DNA of 64,000 nt from Rhizophagus irregularis (taxonomy: Eukaryota), in contig NC_089429.1 in assembly GCF_026210795.1 (NCBI RefSeq), positions 2,170,001 to 2,234,000 of the forward strand, in the 5' to 3' direction. The translations under genes and the position numbers were made by a program. A model generated the notes under the pieces. It was not told where the DNA came from and ran no database searches. It saw only the letters and a program-made list of their open reading frames with translations. This document shows, piece by piece, positions 49,739 to 63,339 of this stretch. Every line of letters begins with the position of its first letter. Position 1 is the first letter of the stretch.

Positions 49739-51963
49739 TTATTCTTTACAATTATAAAAAGTATTAATTAGAAAATTGATTAAAAATTTATTCCACCAAT
49801 AAAAATAATTGTAAGATTTCCTATTTTTTTTTTAACAAAAAAGAAGTGTTTCATTTTTTTTATCCATATAATTTATACCGAGATCTACAACCGACGTAAA
49901 CAAATAAATTATACTTTTATTACAAATATGCGTAAACATGGCAATCGTTCATTTTTTTTGAAAAAATTTTTTTATATCGTTATTTATATATAAATAACAA
50001 CTTTATATATTAAACGATTAAATTAATGATTAGTCATTGATGCTTAAGCCTTTATAGTAACCTAACTAATTAAATTTCTTAATTATTAATAATAATTATT
50101 TTTTTTTATCTCTAAGGATTAAAATAATAAGAATGGAAATAATCATCTCACCAGAATAGATGACCAGAGAAAAATTTTCAATTTATAAATTATTGTTTTT
50201 AATAAATAATTAGAACCATATGAGAACGCTCACATTTTTAACCATAATTTGAACATTGATTTCCTAGCGTAATTGTTCTAAGTAATCATAATTATATTAT
50301 AAAAATTCTCTATTGATATTTTCGCTTTCGATTATACTCGTAAAATTATGATCTTGAGATTATCTGAACCAAAACATAATTGTCTAAGTTTGCTAATCAT
50401 TTCGAATCAAATAATGGAATAAAAAAATATTAGCATTTATTAGTATAAAGCAAAAAAAAAGATTTTTACTAGTGCTGAAGATGTGACTTAATATTAAAAT
50501 TTACCAATAATCAATCAGCTAGTAGCAAGTATAAAACCTCTGCATTGAAGCTAACGCTATAAAATGAATTAATAAAGAAAATAAACCATAAGAAAAATGA
50601 TGCCTGATATTTCTAAAGCCAAGGGTGAGTCTTAAAGAAAACTATCATAAATTACTGCAACAATAAAACAAGCTGAATAAGGCGCGTCATTTGACAACAA
50701 TTTTGTTCTCCTTCAACTTCACCTCTTTAAGTAATGGAGTGTTCATAAGTATTTGCATTTTAATTAATAGATTACTCACAGTGTCATTTTATGATTCAAT
50801 TACTACGGAAAATTCCAAATGAAGTATGGAACTCATTATAGTTAATGGAAATATATTGTTTAGTTTTATTAAATTTTAAGTATACGTAAATTGTAATTCT
50901 ATTAAAAAATGCGTCACAATCGTAGATATATCATTGCGTGAAACAATTTTATGACAGGTGACAACCGAATCGAGTTCATGTGATGCTGCACAAATTTCCA
51001 ATAAGTAAAATTCACAAAACGATGCCGAAATTATGCTTTTGGTGAACGTTAAAATAATATCACTAAAATCATATAGTTAATTCAAAAATAAATAAGCAAA
51101 TAATATTATTATATTATTTATATACTTAAATGGGTTTTAGTGCGTGATTTGGGATGGGATTGGATTTTGAATGGATGACGAGTATATGAAGGTATAAATT
51201 ATTGATATGTAGATTAGTAAAAATAAGTGCTTATAAAGAAGAATTCTTATGCAGGGGGTGATTATATTGAGGTCTTACTTGTATTTCAAAATTTTTATAT
51301 ATTCACTAATTTTTTGTTACAGTTAGCGCATTCGTTATAAAACATATTCTATTTAAATAAATTAATAGCTACAAAAAATGATAACAAACAAACATATATT
51401 AAGAATTAAACATTACAATTGTTACTCCCTTTATAAGATAAATCGATCCATATTTTTCATATTTTTTCCATACTCGTTATAACCATTTAAGCGAATATAA
51501 CAATCTTTAATTAATTAAAATTATTTCAAAAAGCTATATCAATTTTTGGTGCCATATAATTGGAGAATTGTTAATACCTTTATTATGTCATCAGTTTATA
51601 TAGAAGTGTTTTAGTGTACAAGCTAGAACTTAAAATAAAAGTATATGGTCAAAAAAAAAAAATACAGTGTTTAACAAAAGATCATAAAGAACGGTCAGAT
51701 CGTTCTATGCAGCTGATGCGGTCACGTGTGACGTGTGTTCCCAAAAATCGAAGTTTTTAATAACTGATGTCATTTTTTAATATAATGATTTCCAAATAAT
51801 TAAATATGTGAAAAAAAAAATTTTTTTATCCAGTTAATTACTTTATGGATAACCAGTAACTTCAACGTCTATATTCAATGGTTTGTAGTCTTCTTTCCTC
51901 TCTTCCTCCGTAATGACATAAAAGTACGAGACCATTAACAGATTTAAATCAAGGTATCGTAAT

Positions 51964-52497
51964 TAGGGATGCCAAAAGTTTCGGTTATAACCGATTATAA
52001 CCGGTTTTTACCGGTTCGGTTATGGTTCGGTTTCAGTCCAAGACCGACCGGTTAACCGTCGGTTTTATATATAAAAAAAACTGACAAAAAAACCGATCAG
52101 TTAATCATATATTTCAAAAGAAAAAAATGTTTGTTTTATTAATTTTATTGAGAATACTATTAAAAATTATGATTTAGTTGTATATATATATATAGTATTC
52201 TTGTTTTTGAAATAATAAGAAAATTTATATTTTACGCGTCGATCACGTGATTTTTCGTTCCGCTGAAAAAAATCGCAAAATTGACATTACTATCGTAAAA
52301 AAAATTATAACTTTAAGAAATATTATCAAATAAAATTATAATTAATACTTTCTAACATTAGTTCATTCAATTTGCAGTAGTTTTGCGATCGGTTTTGCAA
52401 TTCGGTTTTATCGGTCGGTTTTGCGGTCGGTTCGGTTTCAGCTGAAAACCGCAGTTTTAAAACCGAAACCGAACCGAACCGACCGTTGGCATCCCTA
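51964..52497. mobile_element. hAT-like MITE, 534 bp, copy 1
   Basis: TIR tagggatgccaa/ttggcatcccta (Ac-like TAGGGATG); perfect 8-bp TSD atcgtaat; cggtt/aaccg subterminal repeats. Confidence 0.95.
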
Positions 52498-54134
52498 ATC
52501 GTAATTGAAATAGTCTTAATGCAGAAATAAAGTTCTGATCAGCAATATTATAAAAAATATTGACTAGAAATAATTCCCAAAAAAGGAGATGGAAATTTTC
52601 TGCTTAAAGTAAATTGAGTTCGTAAATTGGCGAGAAAGATGAAATGCATTGAAATCATTTCGAAGTTAATAATACTACTTGAAAAACAATTTTAAGGGAT
52701 AGACACTGTTCATAGTAGTAAATAAACGTAGTTCAACGCTAATATCTATATAATCATTTTATTGCCATACACACTTTTATTGCAGTCATGTGAATTTGCG
52801 TCAGGATCACCAAACCATGCAGTATTGCTTGGATTTTTTTTTCGCCACTCGCTCATTCATTTTATAATGAGTTATTAAAAAAAAAAAATTTTTTTATTAA
52901 TTAATGAGATGTTAATGTTAATATTATTCTTTAATGAATAATTAATATTATATATTAATAATTTTAAATTTTATGAACCTTAATCTACTGAAATTGTGAA
53001 AACTGGTAAATACAGTGAACTAGTATTACTAGGAACCTCTTGTTTAAAGTTACAATAAAATTAAGATGCAAGCATTCTATTAAAAATATTACTTGCATAA
53101 ACTACTATTAAAAATTTTTATTATGAAATTCTAAACACTTTATTGACCATCCTTATTTGTTTAAGGTTACAACTAAAATTTAACAATAATTCTTAAATAC
53201 ATGAAAAAAAAAATAATAAGTAATTTTATAGTTATTGTCTTTGTGATTGGCTACTACGATATTACATTATATTGATGATATAATATTCTAAAAAGAAAGG
53301 AAGTAGGTCTTAATTTAGTTAGCAACAAGGGCTATTTTTTAATAAATATATATAATATAAATTTCAATCCAATTCAATTCTTAATTTATCGAATGTACGA
53401 GATTACGACATAATTAATGAATAATAAGGGAAATAGAATCACGTGCTAATGGCCTGATATCTTTTGTAATTTTTCAATGAAATTACATTTTTCTTTAATA
53501 AAATCGTAATTTTTTTAAATAAATAAGTCACATTTGTTTTATTGGCAAAAAAACCCTAACATATAAAAGTGATTCATTTACTTTTTACCATTTGTTCATT
53601 TAAATTTTTTTAAAAGGACTCATTTAAACAAATAATTTCAAAATATGATTGCTAATATCACAACCCACAACCATTACGTATATACTTTCAGTGTCTGATG
53701 AAAGTATCAATAGTCTAATATATATAATTTTAAAACTTTTTTTTTAAAGAAAATTTTAATTTGATTTTTTTGAATAGTGCTACGCCACAGGGAGGCATAT
53801 TACAAACATGTCCATGTAGACAACACTAAAAAAAATTATAAAAAAAGCTTCACTGGTTATACCCTTTTTTAAATGATATGTTTTTTAATTTGACTTTTCA
53901 TAATGTAGTTAACCGCAAAACATCTGGTTTAATCACAAAAATTTACATAAAGAAAAAATTATTTATCGCTCTCCTCATTTTTACGCAGTAAATTTTTTTG
54001 GGGTTCTGTAGTCAGACTGTAGACACAATAATAAATAATAAGGTATTTTTTAACTAAAATAGAACAATATATATGAATAAAAAAAGGACATAATCAAAGG
54101 TCATCAACTGTAGATATTTCAAACCGTACAGTAT

Positions 54135-54252
54135 ACCTTTTCAAAAGTATTTTTAGAAGATACAGTATGTCTGTAATTTACATTATTATGAACTTTTAGA
54201 CTACATTCATGTATTTTTGTTAACAGATTATGGTGTTGTATAACAATTCCAA
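54135..54252 (+). pseudogene. F-box N-terminus micro-relic
   Basis: ctacattcatgtatttttgttaacagattatggtgttgtataacaattcca = LHSCIFVNRLWCCITIP. Confidence 0.65.
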
Positions 54253-54972
54253 CTCCTGCATTATTTGAGAATTTTCAATGTTACCAGTTTTTAAAAATAT
54301 ACACGGGCGAATTATATATATCACCATATATTAAAAATTCACTTTTTATCTGGCTTTTTCTAAACAAACTTCTTACAGTTTTTAGTAAAACTTTATTGTA
54401 AAATATTTAATTTTGACGACATTATAAAATAACGTGGCATAATCATGTGAAACCGCAACAATCATGTGATCAGAGTAGCAATCAGGTGATTGTGTAACAA
54501 GTGAAAGAATGAGAAATAATTGTTCGTTATTGTTGTTCAAATATTTGTTTCCATCGCTTTTTATTTGTTTCCTTTCTTAGTCTGTGTTTCATTTCTGTTT
54601 CCTTTGCTTTCTTCATTATTTTCTACGACGGAATGTTTAGTAATTACGCCCACACTTAAAAAATACTTTCTTTAGTTGATCATATGCGTCTCAACTAAAT
54701 AAGTAAAAAATAACAAAGCCGATCTTTTAGTTATATATTGTTATGCATTAGCTCTTCGATAAAGAACTTCTAAATTTATAACGGACTTTTCCGTTATTTA
54801 AAAATTCCATGGGGAAATATAGAAATACTTTCGTATTACTACCAGAAAGTTCCATCTTTATCAAACTCTTATTAGTAATCATTCAGATATAAATAAATTA
54901 CGTTCAAATTTTTTCATATTCATTATCATTATTGATATTTGTTTATAACATACTAATAATTAACATAATAAA

Positions 54973-57900
54973 ATGGAATTGGTGAATACAAATGATGAAA
55001 ATTCATTTGACCCGACGCCAAGATTAAAATCTAGTCCTATACCAATTAAATTTCTTTCTTTTAATGAAGATGATAGAAAGTGTTTTAATTGTGGAGAAGA
55101 ATATATTAAGGCAGTTCTTTGTCATAGGCAAAAATATTGCAAAAAATGTTTATCGCGTTATATTAATGATATACCTGATAATAATAATACATACTTGGAC
55201 GTATATATTTACACAATGGATTTGGAATGTAGTGATCATGAAATAAGTAGGACAAAAGTATCACAAAATATTCAAGAATGCTGTGGAAATTGTGTGAGAA
55301 TTTTATGTTTTAAACAAATGGCTGGATTTGTTGGATATTATTCTAATGAAAACACACTATATGATATACGTAATAAGGTGATTGAAAGTGAAAGTTATTG
55401 TAAATTATGTGGAAAGCCATTATCACTCACATATAAAGTATTAGATGATTTTTCATTATGTTCGGATTGTTATCTAATTTCTTCTGAATGGATAGAATCA
55501 ACTTTGGTTAAAAAGCGAATTTTGATTCTTTACTTACCATGGTGGCATAATAATCTTAGTTGTAACGCATGTTGCTCAAAGTTAACATTTACATCAGACT
55601 GTCAAAAGTATTGTGCAAATTGTTGTATATTTTATGTTGGATGCAGATATTGTTTAACAACAAACATTATTTTTGGACCTATACTTGAATCTAAATGTAA
55701 AAAATGTAAAAGAATATCACTTATCATAAATAGTAGAGAACACAGCGATATTGATGATTTTCTTCTTAATAATGTTTTACACGGTGACTTTGAGTTACCT
55801 GACACTGTAAATATTGTAAAAAGTATTGGTGAAAATTTTAATATACGCGATATATTAAATACTCTATTTAAAACACGAAAAAGTAAATCACAAATTAATT
55901 GGACACCGTATTCTCAATTCGAAGATGTAAAAGAAATGACAAAAGGAGGTTATGGTATTATACATAAAGCGACTTGGTTAAGTAATAATGAAACTGTCAT
56001 TTTAAAAAGATTTGAAAATTCTAAAAATAGTAGTAAATATTTCTTAAATGAGGTAAATAATTTAAAATATTTATTAAATAGTTTTTTTTGTTAAAATTAA
56101 TCTTTAATTAAAATCTTAAATTTTATAGTTAGAATCATATCAACATTGTATTGACGAATCACTTCGTGGTCATATAATCAAAATTTATGGTTTTACAAGA
56201 GATCCTGAATCAGAAGATTATATATTAGTTATGAAATATGCGTCAGAAGGAGATTTACATAAATACTTACAAAAAAGCTTTAAAAATATTACATGGAATA
56301 ATCAAAAACTACGTATATTATGGCAAATTTCAGAAGGGTAATTATATTTTAAACGTATTCATTATATTCACAAATTTAAATTATTCATTTTTTCTCTTAA
56401 TTTAGACTTGAACATATCCATAATCATCAATTTATACATCGAGATTTCCATAGCGGAAATATATTATTTGATTTATTTAATGACCAAAAGAAAACTAAAG
56501 TAAGATATCAATGGAAAATTGGAGATCTAGGATTATCACATTCTGTAAATAATAAATCATCAAATAATGAAATCTATGGAGTTATACCTTATATTGCACC
56601 AGAAATATTTAAAGGGTCAGCATTTTCTAAAGAAGCTGATGTTTATAGTTTGGGTATGATTATGTGGGAACTTACAACAGGTTGTAAACCTTTTGCTAAC
56701 GTTAAACATGATCATAGTCTTATTTATGTAATTCTTGATGGAGAACGACCTGAAATTACAGAAGACACACCAGAATGTTATGCTAATTTAATGAAAAGTT
56801 GTTGGGATCCTGATCCAAAAAAAAGACCTCCTATAAAAGAAATTCGTAATACTTTTGGTAGTTGGGCTTTTAGAGGTAAAAATAAAGCAGAATTTGATCA
56901 AGCTGAAGCAAACCGAAAAAAACTGATTGAATTGAAGAAGATTGGACCTGAATTTGCTGAAAAATATCACTCGGAAGCAATTTATACAAGTAGACCATTA
57001 AGTGATTTAATTTCTAAATGTTCATCCATTAATTCATTTTCAACAATTTCATATGGCAATAAACAAGGTATTACTAAAAATAAAGATAATTATTATTTAA
57101 ATAATATCCTATAATTCTATAATTCATAAGATTTTTGTTATATACTTTAGATTCTAATTATATCTCACTTAATGCAGTTACTAAAAGGTATTAAACATAA
57201 AATTTTTTTGCTTTAAATGACATAACTAACTATTATTTTGAATCTTTCAATTTATTTGTTTAGTTTGTCGTCACAAAATTTAAATTCCAAAATTCAAACT
57301 TGTTCAGCCTCTTTTGATTCTAATTATATCTCAGCAGAATTCAGTGTTTGGCAAATGACTTGAAATGAACAAATGACTCAAATGACAAGTCATTTGTCAT
57401 TTGTCATTTGCAACTCAAATGACCTGTCATTTAAGTCATTTGAAAAATATTAAATATTCTGAGGATTTTTATTAATTATTTTGTTTATTTTAATTAAGAA
57501 AACAAAAATATTAAAACAAAATTGGTTTAATATATATAATCAAAAAAGTTCCAATAGTAGTAAAGATTTTTTAATCACGTGATTTTGTTATTATTTTACA
57601 GGTTATTATTTGTTAATAATATTATTATAGACAGGATTATTTCACTTATAATTATTTCACTAATGATCATTTTATCCACACAGATAAAAGTTAATTGATT
57701 TTGCAATAAAATATTTAATTGTAACACATGTAGTGGATCCCATTTTTCACCATTTTTATATATAATTGTTGTCTTTATTTAATCATAAGATGGCCATAAT
57801 ATTTATTTATGCATATAATTATATAATAAAATTATATAATAAATAACATATCAGATATTATCACTTTAATAATTATGGTTGTGTTATTTATTATTTTCAG

Positions 57901-58497
57901 ATTACAGTAAAAAATAAATAATTTGGTGAAATTGATTCTGTTTGTGATTATTTCGATTACGTCCTTCCTTTTTTGTACATCACGTGATTATAAATTGTCC
58001 AATAATCTTTAAATATTTTAATGACAAATGACCAAATGACAAAGGACGCAAATGACAGTCAAATGATACCCAATCATTTGGCATTTGTCATTTCGCGAAT
58101 AATTCAAATGCCAAATGCCAAATGATGGGGTGTCATTTGACCAAATGACTCCTAATCCGAAAAATGGTCAAATGACCAGGTCATTTCTGAACACTGGCAG
58201 AATTAGAGCTTGATATAGAAACTGAAAGGTATTTCAATTATATTTTTAAGTGGTATTACATTGTACTAATTAATTGAAATCAAATTGTTATTTAGTTCAT
58301 CATCACAAAATTTAAGCATAAAAACTCAAAATTCATCAAAGCGAAACATTGAAGAATTAAATCTTGAAACCAATGACGATAATGGTAAATATTTATTTGG
58401 CTTTGATGATGTTTATTTTCGTTTTTATATATATATATATTTTATTTTAACCAATTCTAAAATATCTAAAGTAGGAAAACGTAATAAAACTAGATAA
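54973..58497 (+). CDS. Cys-rich N-terminal domain + TKL-type protein kinase (kinase 3). Predicted exons: 54973-56052, 56129-56337, 56406-57067, 57151-57187, 57264-58228 (interrupted by a TE), 58296-58384, 58475-58497
   Basis: KGGYG, VILK, HRDFHSGN, GDLG and YIAPE motifs; intron positions conserved with kinases 1 and 2; removing the TE and one TSD copy restores YISAELELDIETE. Confidence 0.85.
57342..58196. mobile_element. hAT-like non-autonomous element (855 bp) inserted in a kinase exon
   Basis: TIR cagtgtttggcaaatgac / gtcatttctgaacactg; perfect 8-bp TSD gcagaatt; aaatgac/gtcattt subterminal repeats. Confidence 0.95.
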
Positions 58498-59573
58498 ACT
58501 AATTATAGACTCACGGTTATCAATAGAAGTCAATATTTCAACTATTTGTATAAGACTTTTGTTGTATTTGTTTTTATATATTAATTATAAATATCACTTA
58601 ATTTTATTTTTACGAAACATAATTTGTGCTTTAAAATATCTTATAAATTAAATGAAGGAAGTTGATCTAAATCCTTTTTCGTTTTATGTACGTTGCATAA
58701 AAATGGGCTTTGAAATATGCAATGACGAATTTCAACTCATCCGCCATTAACTTTTAACGTTATAAGAAACGGAATTATATTTCTTTGTGTTTTACAAAAT
58801 CGAAGATTTACCAACTTAATTAAAACACTAAAGTGTTGAGTTACAAAGAACTTGAATTTAAAAAATATTTGTCCCGATTCACAAATTGTTCCTTGCAAAA
58901 AGTTAATGATTTTTATCTCAATCACTCGATGATAGACGTGATTTTAATATTACTATTAAAGTTAGAGACAAAATAATTTTGTATCAACTCATCATTTTTG
59001 TAATTCTTTTGGTAAATTGACGTAAATATTTTGTACATATTCTTACTACCTCCAATGTCTTATTTTGCTCAAAAGTTCGCTCCTTATCTAGGTTTAATAC
59101 CTTAAGCTCATTATTAATATTTCTAATTTATTAAATTTTATTACAGTAATAATTTTTTTAGGAATTTAGCAACAGTGAGTATAATGAATTATTATTGCCA
59201 TAAACTTTAATAATGTCACCTAAATAAATAACTTTCGAATAATATTCATATCTTGAATATATACGCATGTTGAATTTTAACCATGTAATTACTAGTAAAC
59301 ATGGTATATTGTCAGATCCCATGAAACAATTGAAACATGAATGGTTTCTTATACACAATTTTAATCTAGACACTACATTCTGATGCTTACAATGAAATGG
59401 ATGTAATAGTATTTTGATAGGATCAATTTGACATTTTTACACTTAAAACAATTTATTTATCTATATTGTTCAAATCAAAAATAACGAATTTTAGTTACTG
59501 AAATTTTTAATAATTTTATTTTTTTTCAAAATTAATATTTGAAAAAGGTTAGTTCATTTATAGTACTAACGGT

Positions 59574-60107
59574 TAGGGATGCCAAAAGTTTCGGTTATAA
59601 CCGATTATAACCAGTTTTTACCGGTTCGGTTATGGTTCGGTTTCAGTCCAAGACCGACCGGTTAACCGTCGGTTTTATATATAAAAAAAACTGACAAAAA
59701 AACCGATCAGTTAATCATATATTTCAAAAGAAAAAAATGTTTGTTTTATTAATTTTATTGAGAATACTATTAAAAATTATGATTTAGTTGTATATATATA
59801 TATAGTATTCTTGTTTTTGAAATAATAAGAAAATTTATATTTTACGCGTCGATCACGTGATTTTTCGTTCCGCTGAAAAAAATCGCAAAATTGACATTAC
59901 TATCGTAAAAAAAATTATAACTTTAAGAAATATTATCAAATAAAATTATAATTAATACTTTCTAACATTAGTTCATTCAATTTGCAGTAGTTTTGCGATC
60001 GGTTTTGCAATTCGGTTTTATCGGTCGGTTTTGCGGTCAGTTCGGTTTCAGCTGAAAACCGCAGTTTTAAAACCGAAACCGAACCGAACCGACCGTTGGC
60101 ATCCCTA
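59574..60107. mobile_element. hAT-like MITE, 534 bp, copy 2
   Basis: Nearly identical to 51964-52497; has its own perfect TSD ctaacggt. Confidence 0.95.
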
Positions 60108-60599
60108 CTAACGGTATATAAAATTATTTACTTAAAATAAAATTATATACTTTAAAATAGACTTAAAATAAAAATTTTAAAATATACAAAATATATTAAA
60201 AACGTTCAGGACTGCATCAGTGATAAATTTGTAATAAAGTATGAAAGTTTATTTTATATGAAAATAAAAATATCAGTACATACGGTACATTATTATATTA
60301 TTTAAAATACCTTTTTCGAAATGGTGGAAATACGATTTTTAATATTTTTAATGCAGTTATCCAGACGTAATAAAGGCGATATATGTTTTATTATATTGAT
60401 TAAATTGCTACTAAAATGATGCCATGACATCATTAAATCAGAGTTATAAAAATGACTCATATATCAAACAATATTAGACTTATATCACGTGATAGAAAAT
60501 AATATAAAAAGGGATCTAAACTACACACAAAAAACTCTTCTCTAACAAAAAAAGTGAACTACTTTTTTTTTAAAAAAAAAACAAAGACAAAAAATAATT

Positions 60600-61400
60600 C
60601 ATATTATTTAGATGTAATGTTGTTTCCGAGTTCTAAACTTTCTCCTAACAAACAAAATGATGATGGTACGGTCCATACGAACAACAAAAGGCTTTTATGG
60701 ATAGTAACATTGCCTCCAACCTAACTGGGAGAAAATAATAGAGTAGGGTTTACATACAAAAATCTTTTTGAGTGGAAAACGGATGTCTTCTCTTTATTAG
60801 ATCTTCTGCTCCTTTTCTTACGTCTTCCTTTAGATATGTGGGTTGGAGATAATAAAGGACTTACTAGCGCTCTTGAAGAAAAGCCTACTGTCTGACAAAT
60901 GTTATTGTTTACTGGAATTTTTAAAAAAGTGGGTAAAGAGTAATTTATCACCCACTGGCCATAATCCTTGACTGCACACCGCGAAAGCAACGTGCGAAGG
61001 CTTATGAGGGCTGACCGGACGATTTTAAAGGGTTGCAAATAGATGACTAGGGCCCATCATACGAGAACCCACCCAAGGTTATATCTTTGAAAGTGAAGCC
61101 TTGGTTAAGGTACCTGATAAGTCATCAGGTTTAAATTCACCGTCTTGAAGATATAGTAGTTGGTCTGCCAAGTGCTCTGGAGCCACTCTTGTAAAGGATC
61201 TGATGGTTATAATAGAGAATATAGATGGTGGTGAAGGATACCATATATATAGTCACTCCCGAAATGTATGCTTATCCCTAAGGTAGTTGGGTTATGGTGT
61301 ACAACCACTTGTCAAAATGGTTACTGTTTACAATACCATTTTGGTATTCACCATTATGACCTGAAGTGAATGAGCTAGAACTAACATAAGCTTTAATTTA
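60600..61400 (-). mobile_element. Higher-GC degraded segment, possible retroelement relic
   Basis: Compositional island with broken minus-strand frames; no diagnostic motif recognised. Confidence 0.25.
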
Positions 61401-61830
61401 TAGGGATCTTTGGAATGTCATGAGTGGAAAGAATTGCAACAAAGAGAATTCCACTTCAAGAAATTAAATCAGCTCTTATTGCTTTGAATCCTTTAAGTTC
61501 ACATTTTCCGTTATTTTATGTCACCACATAATTGGTTAGCTGACTAATCGCGATCAATTTGCGTTTATAGTTAATATTTAATGAGTGACACGCTCCAGGG
61601 GATTACCCATTTATTTCCAACTCCCCATGAAATAAATAATACTAAGTTGAATAATATACGTCATTCGACATTTTACATCATGAAGTGTTTATAAATATTT
61701 GAGATTACTATTCTTATTGGCGTTTTTAAATACATTTTTTTAAAATTATTCTAGTTTATTAAAATTTAGATTATTAGTTCATTGCATGAAATATTTATTA
61801 AATTTTACACATTTTTGAATTATAAATCAG

Positions 61831-62480
61831 TTCCATTATTTCTTTTTCTCTCCTGTTTACTTTCCATCATTTCTTTTTGTCTCTCATCACTCCTTTTCGT
61901 CTCTTATCACTCCTCTTCATCTTCTCATCACTTCTCTTCGTTTCACAACGCTTCTTTTCGTCTTCCATCGCTTCTCTTCATCTTCTCATCACTTCTCTTC
62001 GTCTCCATCACTCCTCTTCATCTTCCTATCACTCCTTTTTATCTATCCCTCATCATGTCCTATTTCTCCTTTTTGTTTCCTATCACTTCTCATTATTCTT
62101 TTTTACTCCCTTTCATCTTCTATTACTTTTCATTACTCCATTGTTATTTCATTTTTTATTAGCATCTTTCTTCTTGATCATTGTAATTTACTTATCTTTT
62201 CTTTTATTTGTATCACTTCATTAAAAATAAAATACAGTGATTTTTTTCTTTAAAATCGTAAATGTGTGATTTAAATTTTAATATTTGCAAATAAAATTTC
62301 ATTAGACAAGATTATTTTGAACAAATGTGTTTGAAAAAAAAAAAAATTTTTTTAAATATCTTTTGCGATAAAATTTTAAGTTTAGCCGATCAAAAATTAG
62401 CTAAGTTGAAAAATCAGCCATCAGCCGATTAATAAATTTACTCTATATTGTACATCATGTGACTATTTGAAAAAAAACCC
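61831..62480. repeat. Dispersed repeat family B, copy 2
   Basis: Collinear with 31245-31817, with more pyrimidine-rich repeat units. Confidence 0.85.
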
Positions 62481-63339
62481 GGGCGACAATCGCCCAGGTG
62501 ACGTTTAGCATATATTACGCCAATCTTAAGCTTATAACCAATTTAAGAATAATAATAAATGAAATGAACAGATTCTAATACATTTAATTGTTCAAATATT
62601 TTTCCTTTGATACTCATTTTACTCGATAAATTATTAATTTAACTAAACCATTTGAATTAAAATCTTTATTCAAAAATCTGGTGATTATTTAGAGAATTTC
62701 GAATATAAAATTGATTATAATAACCTATTATTAAATCAACAATTTTTTCAATTAATTAATTATAAAATATTGTAAAAATATCAATTTTTTTGATTTTATG
62801 AATTTGAAAATCAAACTATTTATCCAGCGTTCAATTTCATCTTTCTATCAACGTCGGTCAATTTTCCTACATGTTACTTGATTTTTTTTTTAAAAAAAAA
62901 ATAATAATTTTGTAAATATATTTAATATAATATTTTATTTCTTTATTTAATAATAATAAATTTAAAAAAAAAATTTGGGAGGAAAGAAATCGGTTTAAAA
63001 AAGGGGGGAAAATAAGTACCGAAAAAAATTCTGAACAATAAAGGACAATAATTCGGTCAAAAAAATAAAATAAAATAAAATAACAATACGGTCTCAATAC
63101 AAAAAAAAATCGATCTTAAAAGACCGAAACAATAGGATTATTTAATAAAAAAAAAATGTTTAAGTTTGGAAAAAAAAATTAAACCTAAACGGGAAAAGAA
63201 TGAGAAAAAAAAATAAAAAAAAGGAACCAAAAAAAGCTAATAATATTTGAAAAAAGAAAAAAATAATCCAAAAAAAAAATCCCGATTAAGGTAGAATTTC
63301 ATTAACTGAAATTATTGGAATGCACACGGATCGTATGGC

